From: Lingula anatina
Lineage: Eukaryota; Animalia; Brachiopoda
Direction of reading: 5' to 3'
Assembly (NCBI GenBank): GCA_051362555.1
Contig: CM120646.1
Coordinates: 1,860,001-1,924,000, forward strand
DNA length: 64,000 nt
The notes under the pieces are model-generated. The model saw only the letters and a program-made list of their open reading frames with translations. It did no database searches and was not told the DNA's origin. This document shows, one piece after another, positions 13,709-27,083 of this stretch. A program made the translations under genes and the position numbers. How positions within the stretch are numbered: the stretch's first letter is position 1; each line of letters opens with the position of its first letter.

Positions 13709-15886
13709 ATATTACTTCAAAAAAATTCATTTGCGGAGAAAATTCCAAGCCAATACAAATTGAAGAGGTTTTGCTAGTCGACCCCGTCCGGGTACCTGCT
13801 GCTGGCAGTGAAGTTCCTGGTCTGGCAGTGAAAGATAAATTGTTTGTTTGCTGGCTCTCAAGCCTAATGCGGCAGCTGGGCGGTATTTTCCCCCATGAAG
13901 TCGAGCATGCCTCCAGCCATATCTGAATATTTTGAAGTTATATTTTCACCTGTGTAATCCACAATGAGACGCAAGTGGAGTGAGATATGCAAAAAGCAAA
14001 CTTTACTTTTTCTAAAGATGTAAATGTAATTTGTTTTTGCTTTAAGAGTACAAAAATGGTCTTTCAGGTCAACGTTTATTCGGAAACCGCCATGGTCTGG
14101 GCGTTCTAAAGTTTTCATTCATGGAATCTGGGCTGTGGCAATGTGTTGTAAAGGATTTGCTTATTTCTTACCAGTGGTTATATTAGTAAGTATGTAAAGT
14201 AAACCTCATGGCTATTGTATGTTTCACTTGTTTAAATAGTTTTTTAAATGCAATTTAAATAGCATCCAATTAAACAGCCCTAGAAATCAATGGTAAAGAG
14301 CTGATTAAATAGCATTACGCCGAAAAAAACATCACGAGTGTGGCAAACAATTTTGAAACTTAGGAAACGAAAACAGATTAGCCGATCAAAAGGATTTTCT
14401 CAGCAGTTTTCAAAACAGTATAGACTTTTTTGAAACCCATTTTTGCCGCCTGAAGATCTATATTTCTTGTCATTAAAAGGCCACTTTGTTAAATAAAAGT
14501 ATTAAACAGCGTATTGGGATATAGGCTGCTGATAAGAAGCGATTGGACGTAGTAGAAAGTGAGTTAGAGTGTGCTTTCCAATCTCTACCAAACAGCTTAC
14601 AGCGTGTGATAGTAGGTTTTTACATAATTCTTGGTTGATTATGATTCTTAAATTTATCTGCAGTTGGATTTTAAGTTTGATACATAGTATATCTATTATT
14701 TTCCACGGATTTCGTTTCTTTAGCCAAAACATTTGATAGACCTTGGTTATAAAGAAAATGACGCAGTGAAGGTTTTAACAGTATTCGGGATCATGGGCAT
14801 GATTGGACAGACGTTTGCCTCATTTGTTGGAGATCATGTGAAGGGGAATATCATGGTAGCGAACTCTGTGGCGGCTACGGTGCTCAGTGTGAATAATATT
14901 ATAGCAGCATATTCGACATCTTTGACTGCTTCATATGTGTATTGTGCTAGTGAGTGCTTTTTAATTATTGGATTATGACCTATGTGATTAGCTTCCGTCT
15001 AGGTTTTTGCGAATATATTCTCTAACGTTATTTTAGTTACAGTGCTGTTAATTTGGCAAGAATCTAGCTAAACACGTATGGGGATTTTTTAACTATATAC
15101 GAATGCTTGAATTTAACGGCCCATGCGCATGTCATGGCTACCATTTTTACAGGAAGACCAGGATTGGATAATAGTCACATTATAAAAACTTTACGTGGCA
15201 ATTATTCTAAACAAAGCTTTAAATAATTTTTCTAGTCACTGGGTTTGTACTTGGCCCATACCTTGCCGGATATTATCCAGTCAACAATGAAATCATGGAC
15301 GGAGAAAATATCGATACGTTATTCATGACGATGCGTTTCAGCAAAGGTGTTGGAGGAACTGTGGGACCCTACTTGGCAGGTACATGTAGGTCTAGTTGTT
15401 ACTGATTTACAATTCCCCGTGAACTGCCAGGTTAATTGCCAGAAATAAGGGAATCATTTAAAGAATTTTAAATACCACACTGATATTTAAGAGACCTTGA
15501 AGAGCATTTTGTTTTCATTTCACAGTCATTAATATATGAAAAATATGATTTTGAAAAATATTTACATGTTAAATGACAAGTTTGTATTTATGACTAAGGT
15601 AAACATTGCGACATGGATTTATTTACTCGCAGTGCCTAGAAAGAGTGAAATTTGATGGTACTAATGCTCTGCTGTTGGAATCTTTCATATCAGTATTTGT
15701 CACTTATGCCCATACTATTTTTCAGGCTACATTCGTGGCGTCACAGGCAGCTACTACGCAGTGTTCCTGTCCATGGCGTCATGTTTTAGCGTATTCGTAT
15801 TTGCAGTGTCTTTGCTCATATTCATCAGGAAGTGGAGGGGTTTGAAAAGTCTAAAAAGAATGAAGGACATCCATGCGTTTAATTGA
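8512..15886 (+). CDS. MFS transporter, SLC16/monocarboxylate-transporter-like, copy 1 (430 aa). Exons: 8512-8665, 12319-12630, 13126-13303, 14068-14185, 14724-14949, 15236-15379, 15726-15886
   Basis: Exons sum to 1293 nt, in frame, with GT-AG junctions. Multiple hydrophobic helices and SLC16-like motifs: GWVVL, SFGILFGTGGG, LGWRWAFR, GxVGPYLAGYIRGVTGSY. Confidence 0.85.
8697..10355 (-). mobile_element. Tc1/mariner DNA transposon (1.66 kb) with a degenerate transposase, in intron 1 of transporter copy 1
   Basis: TIRs CAGGGTTGCTACTTAATATGGAATATT / AATATTCCATATTAAGTGGTAACCCTG with a TA duplication. Fragmented ORFs carry WNHVVFSNE, FVYQDD..PH and WPANSPDMNLIENLW. The paralog has the empty site ggtacaTAgcattag at ~21926-21940. 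Confidence 0.93.
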
Positions 15887-16328
15887 ATATTTAGTCCACC
15901 GTTTTATGCGATGGCTTACCTTTTCAAATAAACCCTTAAATATGGTTCGAGCTTTATTACTTTGGCATTTCCGCCCCATATTATATACCTACACAAATTT
16001 AAGACCTCGTATGTCACCCCACAAGCTGGGAAATTCAGAACAACATGATAGTTGGAAGGACATGGACGGCTTAATGTAAATATTCCCAGTCGATTCTGAT
16101 AGAATGTAGCAGTAGATTTGACGTCCTATTTCCAGTGCAGCCAAGCTGAGATTTATAGTTTAAAATTGTTAGCGTGAAAATTATTTCAATAATGCTACTA
16201 GGCCTTGACATGTATGCTTTGACTGGTCGCGATGACAATGTGGGGCATTGGTAAATCTTGGGTGACTAGAAGAGTTGTTATTATATCTACCTGTAGTCAG
16301 ATTTTGTCAATGAAAATCTTGACATTAA

Positions 16329-18569
16329 AGAATTTGCTTCATACCGTCAGAATGGCCTCAACGGAACATATTCTTCAGAAAACATGCCCAACTAACGATA
16401 TCTTTATCCAAAAACACAAATTAAAAGCTCATTTTGTAAATTTTTGGCTTTAAAAAACGTCCTATTTGCTCGGCCTGGGAGTTAATGAGCTACGTGGTCA
16501 CGTGGTCCGATGACGACAATCGAGCCACTGGAGAACAGAGCGTGCTTAGCTGTCAAACTGAGCTGCATTGTCTACCTGTAAGATGACTTCTCTGGCTTCT
16601 GATAAAAGTTAATACTCATTCAAATCTCTTACCCGAGGGATCTAAATCCTCATGAAGCTGTGTAAAACTATTCCCGTCTAGTCAATTCTTTAACGAGCAT
16701 TTAATTATGGTTATCCCAAGTTGTATAAAACACTGCATTTGAATGAGTAAAGGGTACTGTGGATTATTGCATATGAGGGCCATGTTATTTGTGAAATTCA
16801 ATTAATTTTATTAAACCGCTGACACTCCGATGTGGATACTTTTCTTAAACTGAGGTAAACGATGCCCGTTACCTTTACAAGTCCCATCTTAATAATAATA
16901 ATCTTAATCATCCATCTAACTGGAACTTCCTTTACCTCTTAATTAGAGGGTTAAATGGCTGGCGATATTTATCTCAGGTAAAAATCTACCTGTGCTTTAG
17001 TTTCAAAGAGCAGCTCCCGCAGACCTGGGGGTACTAGATAAAATCTGAACACAGGGTTTATTGAGGAGCTAGAGAAACAAAGGAAGAATTTTTCCTGCAC
17101 AGCTTCATAGGAATTTTAGCACGGACTTGATCCAGCTTAGACCTTCTAATTAACAGGGTGACATGGGCAATTTTCAAATACAAAATAAACAAATAATGAA
17201 ACTATATTTCAGTTAGCCTCCTCTTAAATAAATATACCGTTCTGGATAAATTAGAACATTTATTAAATCGACAGAAAATGTTTGACTTAAATGATGATTT
17301 TACTATTAATGGAAATTAAGCTACTATATGGGGCACATTTGCTGAGATTACGCTGTTCTTGATGTTTTGCGTTAGTCTACATTTTGCTGTGCGTGCTTGG
17401 AATTTTTAAATTTTTTATACTCACGTATGTAAAACTGCACATTTAGTAAACATTCAAGTAATGATTTTTCCCATGCTACTTATAGCAAACAATGCTCTTT
17501 TACCTTGATCTGCTACATGTTTTTGGGTTTGACAAAGCATACAAATTTGCAAAAAGTTTTGTGTACAGACGCAGAACTTGTATTTCAAGGTATAAAATGA
17601 TAAGTCTTTTAAATTATTTTATACTTCAGATGAAATAACATTCAGAAACAAATCCTCAAAGCATAAACGAATTAGGATTACGAACCATTTTAGTACATAA
17701 GTTCCTATTTTTTTCTTTAATATACCGCTCTTTTTTCTGTTTGTTCATCAACACGTTTTCTTCCACGGAAGTAATGCCTGGGCATACGCATGCTTCAAGT
17801 TACCCTGAGAGCAATTACTTTTATTAATGTTCGCGACGGTGTTTGAACTCAATTGTTTAAATATTGATATTAAACGTCATTTACAAATACCAATAAAATC
17901 ACCCCTTGAAATAAATGAGATATTTTGAAAAATATGAAAGCCCACCAATACGATTTTGATACCTGTTATTACCTGGGTTGGGAAGTGCAGCGGTGCATAA
18001 TTAACAGGTTAGTTGTAAACGAGCTTTTGGTCAACTACAATGCATTTAAAATGCATCAGCAATCAGTAAGTTTGCCAACTGATGACAGTTAATCTGAAAG
18101 ACTACCAGCTCTTGATATGATCTAAACCACCTGAGGTGACCATGATCTAGAGCATCGCAACTATTGTCACCGAAGTTAGTAAGTCACGGAAGACCGTCAC
18201 AGACAAAGAAAGATTGTCAACGAGAGCTGCAATTTTGGTGAATCCCACGGCAACACACCGAGGCATAACGAAAATTCCTTAACTCCGTTCAACACAACTT
18301 TCCTTAACTTCTCCGTCTGTATGCACCATGCAGCTCAGTTGAGTCTCATAGACCTTTATCGTGATTGTCGTCACAGTACCACGTGACCCAGATCTGTTGC
18401 TTCGTTTATGCATATTGAGGTGAGGTTTACTAAAACGCTTTTTGTCTACTAATAGATTGTTTTTATAATTTTTAAATGACGGGGATCGATTAAAACATAA
18501 CTGTAGTGTATAGATTAAGTGCTGGATCTTCAGAATTCGAGAAATGGATTTTTATATGATTATTGTCCT
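16329..18569. mobile_element. Non-autonomous DNA transposon with TTAA duplication (Kolobok- or piggyBac-like)
   Basis: TTAA-AG...CT-TTAA ends and subterminal inverted blocks (GGTCACGTGG..TGACGACAATC; AACTGAGCTGCAT). The paralogous site at ~26863-26875 reads gacaTTAAatctg without the insert. Confidence 0.7.
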
Positions 18570-20011
18570 TTAAACCTGTTAATCCGTCAGTCTTTAGAGA
18601 ACCTTTACATTTAATATGTTAAAACGTTGTTCATTTAGGACGGTTTATCTTTTGTATTGTTTCACATGTGATACCTTAAAGCCAAGATATACGTAACTAC
18701 CATTATTTGTCTTTTTCATTCAAGATAAAGAATTATTATTATTATTTTATTAGCGCCTATACTCCTACCAAAATATGTTCGTATAAACTTAATTTTATTA
18801 TTATTTTGTATACAAAATGTTAACTCCGTACATTTATTTGTTTATTAAATATGATATAAAAAGTGGCCATCGGTTGCTCTTTTTGTATTCACACATCAAT
18901 TTCCTGCTTTAATTCTGGGAACTTATCTTTCTTAGATTGGAGCTTTTTCTTTAGATGAGGCAGATAGACAGCCGTCGTTTCTTGCTTTATTTTCCTTCTT
19001 GTTTCATTTTTATCTAAAATATATAGATCGAACTTTAAGAATGTAATAAACAAATTTATACAAAGAATCGACCAATTAGCAATTGAAATGGCTGGTAAAT
19101 GTTTTGTTTTTTACGTCATATTTATTTAAAACAGCATTACATTTTTAGAGATTTCAACTCATCTTTCTGAAGTACCATAAGCTTTTTGCGGCGGGAATCT
19201 TTGGGATCATCCCACTGCACGTTATAGAATAGTGCCAATTAACTCATCAGAGGGCGTGTTAGCGATCAGCGCTAGAAGAAAACTTTGTGTATAAAAGAAA
19301 CCGTTTTGCGTACATTTTTCACTTGAAACTAATAAGATGGATAACTGTGACTATGTCAGATTTGTGTAATCTAAGCTTTACCGGTGTAAACTTTATAGAT
19401 CTTACCAGTGTTTAAGTAACACACCTAGGCAGGAAAATTCCGATCGCTGGGCGCTTATACTTGTCCCGTCACTGACTGTATCATCAACAGAACCCTTTGT
19501 TTATGAGATAAAAAGATATTGAAAAGACCAGTGCACAGAACTAACGAGGTAATAGGACGGTAGCTGGACTTTATGCACTAATCAACTTACGAGTTTCAGT
19601 AATCACGCAGGGAAAAGATGGACACGTATCGGTAGAATTAAATATTTTCAAGTTTTATAGCATGCTTTCTTTAGTAATCACGCAGAAAAGAAGATGAAAA
19701 GAAATTAGTAGAAATAAACATTTCAAGTTTCATTTCATACTTGCAGAAATGATAATTAATAGCTTACTGCAACATAAGTTAGCTTTCATAGTTTACATTT
19801 CCTTCACCTCTAGAGTGATTTTCCTTGAATTTTTGACCAATACAACTTTGACAATTTCTGAAAGAATCTGAATAACTTAAGTTCGAGGTATTGGGTCTTC
19901 TCCTCCACGGTCGAGCAACTTTCAGATTCTTCATCAGAGTGATACCCAGCTTCGAGCGGCCCATCCTTTAAACAAGGGATGAGCCAGTGGGGATGTTTCG
20001 TGGTGAGGGAC

Positions 20012-21372
20012 TTAACGTCCGCCGTCACTAAACAGATTTATGGCCCATTTAGTACTTGTTTGAGTTTTGTTTGGTATTCTGGCTGCCAAATTCTGAGAAA
20101 ATTCAGAACTAGTCAACGGCTTCTCGAACCTCTCCGGCTGCTCATCTTTAATGTCAGCTTTAAAGAGAGTTTGTGTTGGAATTTCCATCAGTTGAGTAAG
20201 AGAGGTGTCGTTTTCTGTTGTTACTTCTGCGTTGTCACCTACTGCATGACACAGACGCAATAGGTGTCACCGCTCATGAACCGTGCTTTAAGCCAGATAA
20301 AGCACTCGACGCTGAGCTTCACGCGAAAAAGAGCAGATAATTGTCTCGGCTTCGCCTCGCCAATAATCTGCTCTGTTTAGCGTAAAGCTCAGCCCCTCGT
20401 ACTTTATCTACAGGGGTATACCTTTAAGCCAGATAAAGCACTCGGAGCTGAGCTTTACGAGAAATAGAGCATATTATTTGCACGGCTTCGCATCGCCAAT
20501 TTTCTGCTTTTTTTCTCGTAAAGTTCAGCGCCTCGTACATTATCATATTTCCTACCCCCTCCACTCCAAAGGAAAATTGCTCGGCCATGAGGCCGTCATG
20601 TTCATCTCGAGCTCTAAAACCGAAAATTTTCATATTATAAAAATAAACACAGTAAGAGAGTTCAGTGCTAGTTGTGGTATTTAACACGCCGCTCTCCCAC
20701 AGTTGTAATTCGTCGTCCGACGTCACGGGATCTGCACGTTTTGGTACGACTCTGACCCCTTCCTTGAACAACGTTTTCCTTCTAGAGTCTAAGGGTGTAT
20801 TCCCAGAGATTTAGATCGATCTATAGATTAAGATTTAGATCGACCTAACTCACTGGGGGTTCACGCTAAATTGCCGTCAGCCGTGCGCGCACCATAGTTA
20901 ATTACCCCCTTACAGCTTTTAGTAGGCGGGACAGACTCTTAAGCCGGCTAAGCTGACAGTAATCTAGTGAGACTCCCCACAGGGATAACTCTATCTAAAA
21001 TCTATGGAAATGGGGTCTAAGGCCTCACGAAAACCTTTGAAATAGGGATCGTCCTCCTTGAGAAGCCACGCGTCCCTCCGATCGCACTCATTGCGGAGAT
21101 GTCTCTGTAGACCAGCAGTTAAACTTGTAAAAGTACCTGAATTTAAGATGAATATAGAAACGATATATAAACGTAATCATAATGATTAACTGAATTAACA
21201 GAAGCAGTTGTAGAATGAATTAACATATATCTATGCAATGCATGCACCCTTGTTATGGTAATTTACACTTCGTGCATTTAAATTACAATATTTAGAAATA
21301 CCTGACATGGACATTTTACCTCACCAATTATCTGCTCTATTTCGCGTAAAGCTCAGCGCCTGTTACTTTATC
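20012..21372 (-). mobile_element. Crypton-like (DUF3504/KCTD1-ZMYM-type tyrosine recombinase) remnant with palindromic repeats, interrupted by a MITE
   Basis: After removing the MITE, 21136-20560 reads TFTSLTAGLQRHLRNE...FKGFREALDSRRKTLFKEG...ADPVTSDDELQLWESGVL...VYFYNMKIFGFRARDEH. 20012-20260 has IPNKTQTSTKWAINLF. Palindromes with a GGCTTCGC(C/A)TCGCC core lie at 20291-20408 and 20427-20544, with a partial arm at 21323-21372. Confidence 0.7.
20793..21017 (-). mobile_element. ~225-bp MITE copy 2, inserted in the Crypton-like reading frame
   Basis: TAA on both sides; removal restores the ...REAL/DSRR... frame. Confidence 0.85.
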
Positions 21373-21748
21373 TTTACTTAAACATTAATGGGGATCATGA
21401 TTAACATAAGATTTGGCTAAACACTCACTAATAATGAAGGTACATATACATCTCAATTTAAAAACGCAGAACGGAATGCTGTCTTCATACCACACTCTTG
21501 AAAAATTCCCACCGGCTTACAGACGCCGGTCAAGGCGGTGTGGATTCGCGCCTGATTACGCATGAAAGAAAAAAACAAGTTTCAGGCGCACATACAAGTA
21601 AATGAAGCGTCGGTTGTCACTGTCTCGGTGGGTTCTTATTCCTATCAAGGACATGTCATTTCTGTTCAATATTAAGTAAGAAAAAACTGAGGAGACGCGT
21701 GCTGAGAGGACACTGGGGATAAACACACGACAGCAAAGACAAACGACA

Positions 21749-23610
21749 ATGATATCCCCTGGTATTTACAGAGGTTGGATTGTACTGGGGATTTGTATTC
21801 TTCTATTGTTGGTTGAAATTGGAATTGAAGGTTCGTGGGGAACGGTAATCTTGTGTTTCCAACAGGATGAAACATTTCCAGAGTCGTCTCTTGCACTGCT
21901 GGGTAAGGCTTTTTCTTTTGCTTTTGGTACATAGCATTAGTACTGGTACATTGCAGTTTGTTGCAAGAAATTTGAGATCCTTTTAAATGGAGGAATTGAC
22001 CAAATATGGTGGATTCAAAGTAGCATGGAAGTAAGGGCAGGAGCAGGGGCGGATCCAGGATTATTTGAAGGGGGGAGGGGTCAGTTTTTTAGGAATGACA
22101 GGCCGAAGATATGAAGCCGACCCTCGCCGACCCTCGCCCCCCTCGAAGGGAGTCATTTTAGCACTTAGATTTGGGGCGATTGTGGTTTGAGCTCAGTCGA
22201 TATGCTGTAGAGGTGCTTTTTTGTCCAATGGCTTTGGTATTTTCAGGTTTTAGCAAAGTTTAAGATAGACGGGTAAGTGGACGGTTAGGCGTTTTCGTTT
22301 TCTGTAATGAGCCATGTCTTGTTCAGACAGGCATGAAGAGTATACTGTTTTTCTTTGTTTTTCTCTTTACTTATTGTTACCCTTTTAGGCGTCTCGCCTT
22401 CGAATGGTGGGAAACAATGAGTTTCAGTGGAGGAAGATAAGAGTATTTAAATATTTCCTAGTAGGCCTATTCAGTGGTTCATATTAGAAGGGTGTCTCGC
22501 CCTTGATATTCGACAAGAGGATGTTCTCAACCACTCCTCGCCTCCTTACACGCAATCCCTCCAAGGGCTTAGCAATTACCCAGCAGACAAACGACATTGA
22601 CTCACCGTTGAATCAACGTTAATTTTGGTGGATCAACGTTGAATCAACGTAGAATCAATGTCGTTTGCCTGCTGGGTAAACCTCGGAGCCGAGATTTAAT
22701 CCGTTTAATGGCGCGTGTGGAGGTGGTGAGACCATCAAGGGATTAAGCAATTTATTTTGATGAGAGGTCCGCCATGTTTAGTCCGCAGATCAGTTAGTCC
22801 GCGGATCATCTATTCTGAATGCGGCCTAAGTCTCGGCGCCTGTCACCGTGCTATGTATTAATGGTGCTAATTTAAAAAATCGCAATGTAATTATCGCCAA
22901 CGCAAATTCAAAAAATTATATTTATTTTTCATAGGGGCCCCGCTCTCGGTGTACTTAGCAATCAAAACATCCCTCAGTAACCTTATCTACATGGCATTGT
23001 CTAAAGTTGGAGAGTTCAGTCTTCGGCAATTTACAGCTCTTGGAACATCTCTTATGGGACTGGGGCTGATACTGACGTCTTTTGCGAATAGTCCACAGTT
23101 TGTGGCTGTATCTGTTGGAATTCTGTTTGGAACTGGCGGTGGATTATTTGTGCTATGCACACATTTAGTGATGGCACTTTGGTTCCCATGGACTCACCGG
23201 TTTCATGTTTTCTCAAATAGTATGTTGGGTGCAATGGATTTCCTTGGTAAGTATGTCGCCACACACCACACAGCACCTTAAAGGGATAACAACTGTTCTT
23301 TTTCGAAAACAACGTTTTTTCCCTGCGGTAAAAGACGAGTTTCCCATATTAACCAATGGTTACCTAATTCATTCCGACATTCAAAGTTATTCAAGGTTTT
23401 TTACAAAAAGTTTGATTTTGTGTTATTATTCCTGAAGAGATTATTTCGAAGGTATCGCCATCTATGGTCTGATGGCAAGCACATGTTCCAGAATAAATAC
23501 AATAACCGCTGTTTTGGTGGTAAAACGGAATTATTATATTTCTATGGGCTGTTTACGATGTATTTCTCGTGAAATATGAATCTCACACGGACAATTGTTA
23601 TCTTTTTAAA

Positions 23611-23658
<48 letters not shown>

Positions 23659-26459
23659 TGTGTGGGTGTGCTTCCATTTCACAATAATACACGTAAAGTT
23701 ATCCTCGTACTCTTAACTATTACTTCAGGTGCATCAGTCCTAAATGCTGTCAATGCCAAAATGTGCGCCGACCCATTACTGGGATGGCGCTGGGCATTTA
23801 GACTTTATGCTGCTGTTTTGGGATCCTTTGGTTTTCTTCTTGTGGTGTTCGGCAGTCCTCCAGTAGCATCCACAGAACAACAGGAGGATGGAAAAAATGA
23901 AAAGTATGTTTCTTTTCATATCTGCAAGTAGAAGTAAGAATTTTACTCCTTATAGCCCAGGAAATATGCAGTTTCACCCGCAAAAAATGCAAAATAATAT
24001 GCATCACCTAGTGTATTTTCTCAAGGTAGCATAAATTGATAATAAACATTCTAAAAGTACCAAAAACCTTTGAATGGGGATCACGAAATATCCAAAATGG
24101 CCGCCATTTAACACAGAAATAAACAGACGCACATAAAATGCCTTTGATCTTGAACCATACCACATTTTAAACCCAAGAAATTTACCAGTATACAATCCTT
24201 ACAATGTTAAAAATAACTGCATTGCCAATCACTGCTAATTTCGATGATTTGATGGAACCATCATGGATGTCACATGCCCCAGCAAGTTCATTTACCACCA
24301 AATATATCTTTTTAAAAATGTAATATGCGGAAAATTCCAAGCCATCTACAAATTGAAGAAGTTTGGCTAGTCGACACCGTTCGGGGACATACCACACTGT
24401 CATAAAAGGAAGCTGCTGCTGGCAGTGAAGTTCCTGGTCTGGCAGTGAAAGATAAATTGTTTGTTTGCTAGCTCTCAAGTCTAATACGGCAGCTGGGCGG
24501 TATTTTCCCCCATGAAGTCGAGCATGCCTCCAGCCATATCTGAATATCTTGAAGTTATATTTTCACCTGTGTAATCCACAATGAGACGCAATTGGAGTGC
24601 GATATACAGAAAAAAAAACAAACTTTACTTTTTCTGAAGATATATATGTAATTTGTTTTTGCTTCAAGAATACAAAAACACGATCTTTCAGGTCGACATT
24701 CATTCAGAAACCGCCATGGTCTGTGCGTTCTAAAGTTTTCATTCATGGAATCTGGGCTGTGGCAATGTGCTGCAAAGGATTTGGTTATTTCTTACCAGTG
24801 GTCATATTAGTAAGTATTTAAAGTAAACATAATGACAATGGTATGTTTCACATGTTTAATAGTTTTAATAGCATTCGATTAATCGTCCCTTTTAATCAAT
24901 GGCAAAGAGCTGATGCGATTTTATTTTCTTTAATTCCAAAAATTGAATTACCCCATCACTACTGTGACTGACAGTTTTGAAACTTAGGACACGAAAACAG
25001 GTTAACCGATTTAAATGATTTTCTCAGCAGTTTTCGAAACAGTAAAGACGTTTAACGAAAACCCATTTTTGCCGTCTGAAGATCTATACTTCTTGCTTTT
25101 AAAGACCCCTTTGTTAAACAGAGGGATTGGCAACGGGTAAGAAGCGCTTGGACGTAGTACAAAGAGAGATAGAGTGTGCTTCCCAATCTCTACCAAACAG
25201 CTTACAGCGTGTGATAATAGGTTTTCAAATAATTCCCGGTTGATTATGATGCTGAAATTTATTTGCAGTTGGATTTTGAGTTTGATATAGTATGCCCATT
25301 GTTTTCCACGGGTTTCGTTTCTTCAGCCAAAACATTTGATTGACCTTGGCTATACAGAAGACGACGCAGTGAAGGTTTTAACAGTATTCGGAATGATGGG
25401 CATGATTGGACAGACGTTTGCCTCATTGGTTGGGGATTATGTGAAGGGATATATTATGGTTGCAAACTCTGTGGCAGCTACGGTGCTCATTGTGAATAAT
25501 ATTATTGCAGCTTTTTCGACATCTTTGACTGCTTCATATGTGTATTGTGCTGGTGGGTACGTTTTTAGTAACTGAATTATGACCTTTGTGATAAATTTTT
25601 TCTAACGTCATTTTGGGCACAGTGCTTTTAATGTGTCAAGATTCAAGCAAAATATTTTTACTCGCATGTGCATTTTTTTTAGTAAAAAGGTACGCTAGAA
25701 TTTAACTGCGCATTCACGTGCCATGGCTACCATTCTTACAGACAGAACAGGATCAGATAATAGTCACATTATAGAATTTTACGTGGCAATTATTCTAAAC
25801 AAAGCTTTAAATAATTTTTCTAGTCACTGGGTTTGTACTTGGCCCATACCTTGCCGGATATTATCCAGTCAACAATGAAATCATGGACGGAGAATATGTC
25901 GATACGTTATTCATGACGATGCGTTTCAGCAAAGGTGTTGGAGGAACTGTGGGACCCTACTTGGCGGGTAGGTCCAGTTGTTAAAGATTTACAATTCCCC
26001 GTGAACTGCCAGGTTAATTTCCGAAATGAAGAATTCATTTAAAGAACTAATGCCACAGTGATATATATAATATTGTAAAGAGCAAATAGTTTTTATTTCA
26101 CGGTCATTAATATATTGAAAATATGATTTTGAAAATAATTTACATGTTAAATGACAAATTTGTATTTATCACTAATGAAAACATTGCGATATGGATTTAT
26201 TTACTCGCAGTGCCTAGAAACAGGGAGATTTGATGCTACCAATGCTCTGCTGTTGGTTGCTACTGGTATTTGCCATTTATGCCCATACTATTTTTCAGGA
26301 CACATTCGTGGCGTCACAGGTAGCTACTTTGCAGTGTTCCTGTCCATTGCATCATGTTTTGCCGTGTTCGTTTTTGCAGTTTCTTTGCTTATATTCATCA
26401 GGAAGTGGAGGAGTTTGAAAAGTTTGGAAGGGATGAGGGACGTCAATGCGTTTAATTGA
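21749..26459 (+). CDS. MFS transporter, SLC16-like, copy 2 (429 aa). Exons: 21749-21902, 22935-23246, 23729-23903, 24692-24809, 25327-25552, 25824-25967, 26299-26459
   Basis: Same exon sizes and phases as copy 1, with exon 3 one codon shorter. 1290 nt in frame, no internal stops seen. Confidence 0.85.
22579..22676. mobile_element. 98-bp palindromic MITE (CCCAGCAG...CTGCTGGG, TA-flanked); second copy at 43055-43152
   Basis: Inverted ends with internal TCAACGTTGA units; absent from the homologous position in copy 1 (~12035). Confidence 0.8.
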
Positions 26460-27049
26460 ATAATTTGCCCACGATTTTACGCGGTGGATTACTTTTTACA
26501 AATAAACCCTTAAAGATGGTCCGAACTTTATTACTTTGGCATTTCCGCCCCATATTATATATCTACACAAATTTAAGATCTCGTATGTCACCCTACAAGC
26601 TGGGATATTCAGAACAACATGATAGTTGAAAGGACATGAACGGCTTAAGATCATAGAATGTTGCAGTAGATTTGACGATCTATTTCCAGTGCAGCCAAGA
26701 TGAGATTTATAGTTTGAAATTGTTAGCGTGAAAATTATCTCAATAATGCTACTAGGCCCTGACACGTACGCTTTGACTGATCGCAATGACAATGTGGGGC
26801 ATTGGTAAATCTTGGGTGACTAGAAGAGATGTTATTAGTCAGATTTTGTCAATTAAAATCTTGACATTAAATCTGTTAATCCGCCATTATTTAGAGAACT
26901 TTTACATCTAATATGTTAAAACGTTGTTCTTTTAAGACGGTTTATCTTTTATATTATTTCACATGTGATATGTTAAAGCCAAGACATATGTTACTACCGT
27001 TACTTGTCTTCTTTGTTCAAGATAAAGGATTATTATTATTATTATTATA

Positions 27050-27083
<34 letters not shown>

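Noticed and set aside
20291-20544. Tandem palindromic repeats resembling a CRISPR array or attC sites
   Set aside because: Only two ~118-bp units, eukaryotic context, no spacers or cas genes; better explained as Crypton-associated palindromes.
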